NCBI GenBank assembly: GCA_030265395.1
Contig: JARFYF010000050.1
Span: 19,368,044 to 19,432,043 of the forward strand
Length of the DNA stretch: 64,000 bases
Source: Rhina ancylostomus
Lineage: Eukaryota
Direction of reading: 5' to 3'
Shown piece after piece: positions 63,751 to 64,000 of this stretch (the first letter of the stretch is position 1; the number at the start of each line of letters is the position of its first letter). The notes below the pieces were generated by a model. That model was not told the DNA's origin. It saw only the letters and a list, made by a program, of their open reading frames with translations, and ran no database searches. A program made the translations under genes and the position numbers.

Positions 63751-64000
63751 TTTCAGCAATTATCTTCTCACTTCTCAATGAACATTTCTTCCCAGAATCT
63801 TAATACGTTTGCATTTGCTCTTAATCTTAAACAAAAAAATTGGCACCAAAATATATGATCAAAAATGTCAAGAAATAAATCAGTGCCATCATTATTTTTT
63901 GTATCCAACTGAGTAAAATTGTATCAGTTTGTTAACAAAGTGTTAGCCAGTTTGACTGAATCTTTGAGAGGGTCTTGGAGGAATATATCAACAAATTTGC

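Overview
This is AT-rich, CpG-depleted eukaryotic DNA from a draft assembly, with several 100-N gaps and one gap of about 770 N. The repeat content points to a cartilaginous fish, probably a batoid; this is inferred from repeat families recognised by eye. Those families are HE1-like V-SINEs, SacSINE1-like Deu-domain SINEs, CR1, L2, RTE and Rex/Babar LINE fragments, a short Penelope-associated repeat, and decayed PIF/Harbinger transposase remnants. I found no intact known protein-coding gene, rRNA, tRNA gene or CRISPR array, so the window reads as intergenic or large-intron sequence. The most interesting signals are: (1) at least six copies of a short repeat carrying hammerhead-ribozyme core motifs, one with a clean 16-bp target-site duplication; (2) a candidate spliced minus-strand transcript at 25.6-23.8 kb, next to a CpG-rich block, that could encode a 49-aa single-pass peptide resembling phospholamban; (3) a near-perfect hairpin at 8.4 kb; (4) a ~110-bp direct repeat bracketing nested insertions; and (5) several CpG-retaining candidate regulatory elements. 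All family assignments are by eye and no database search was run.
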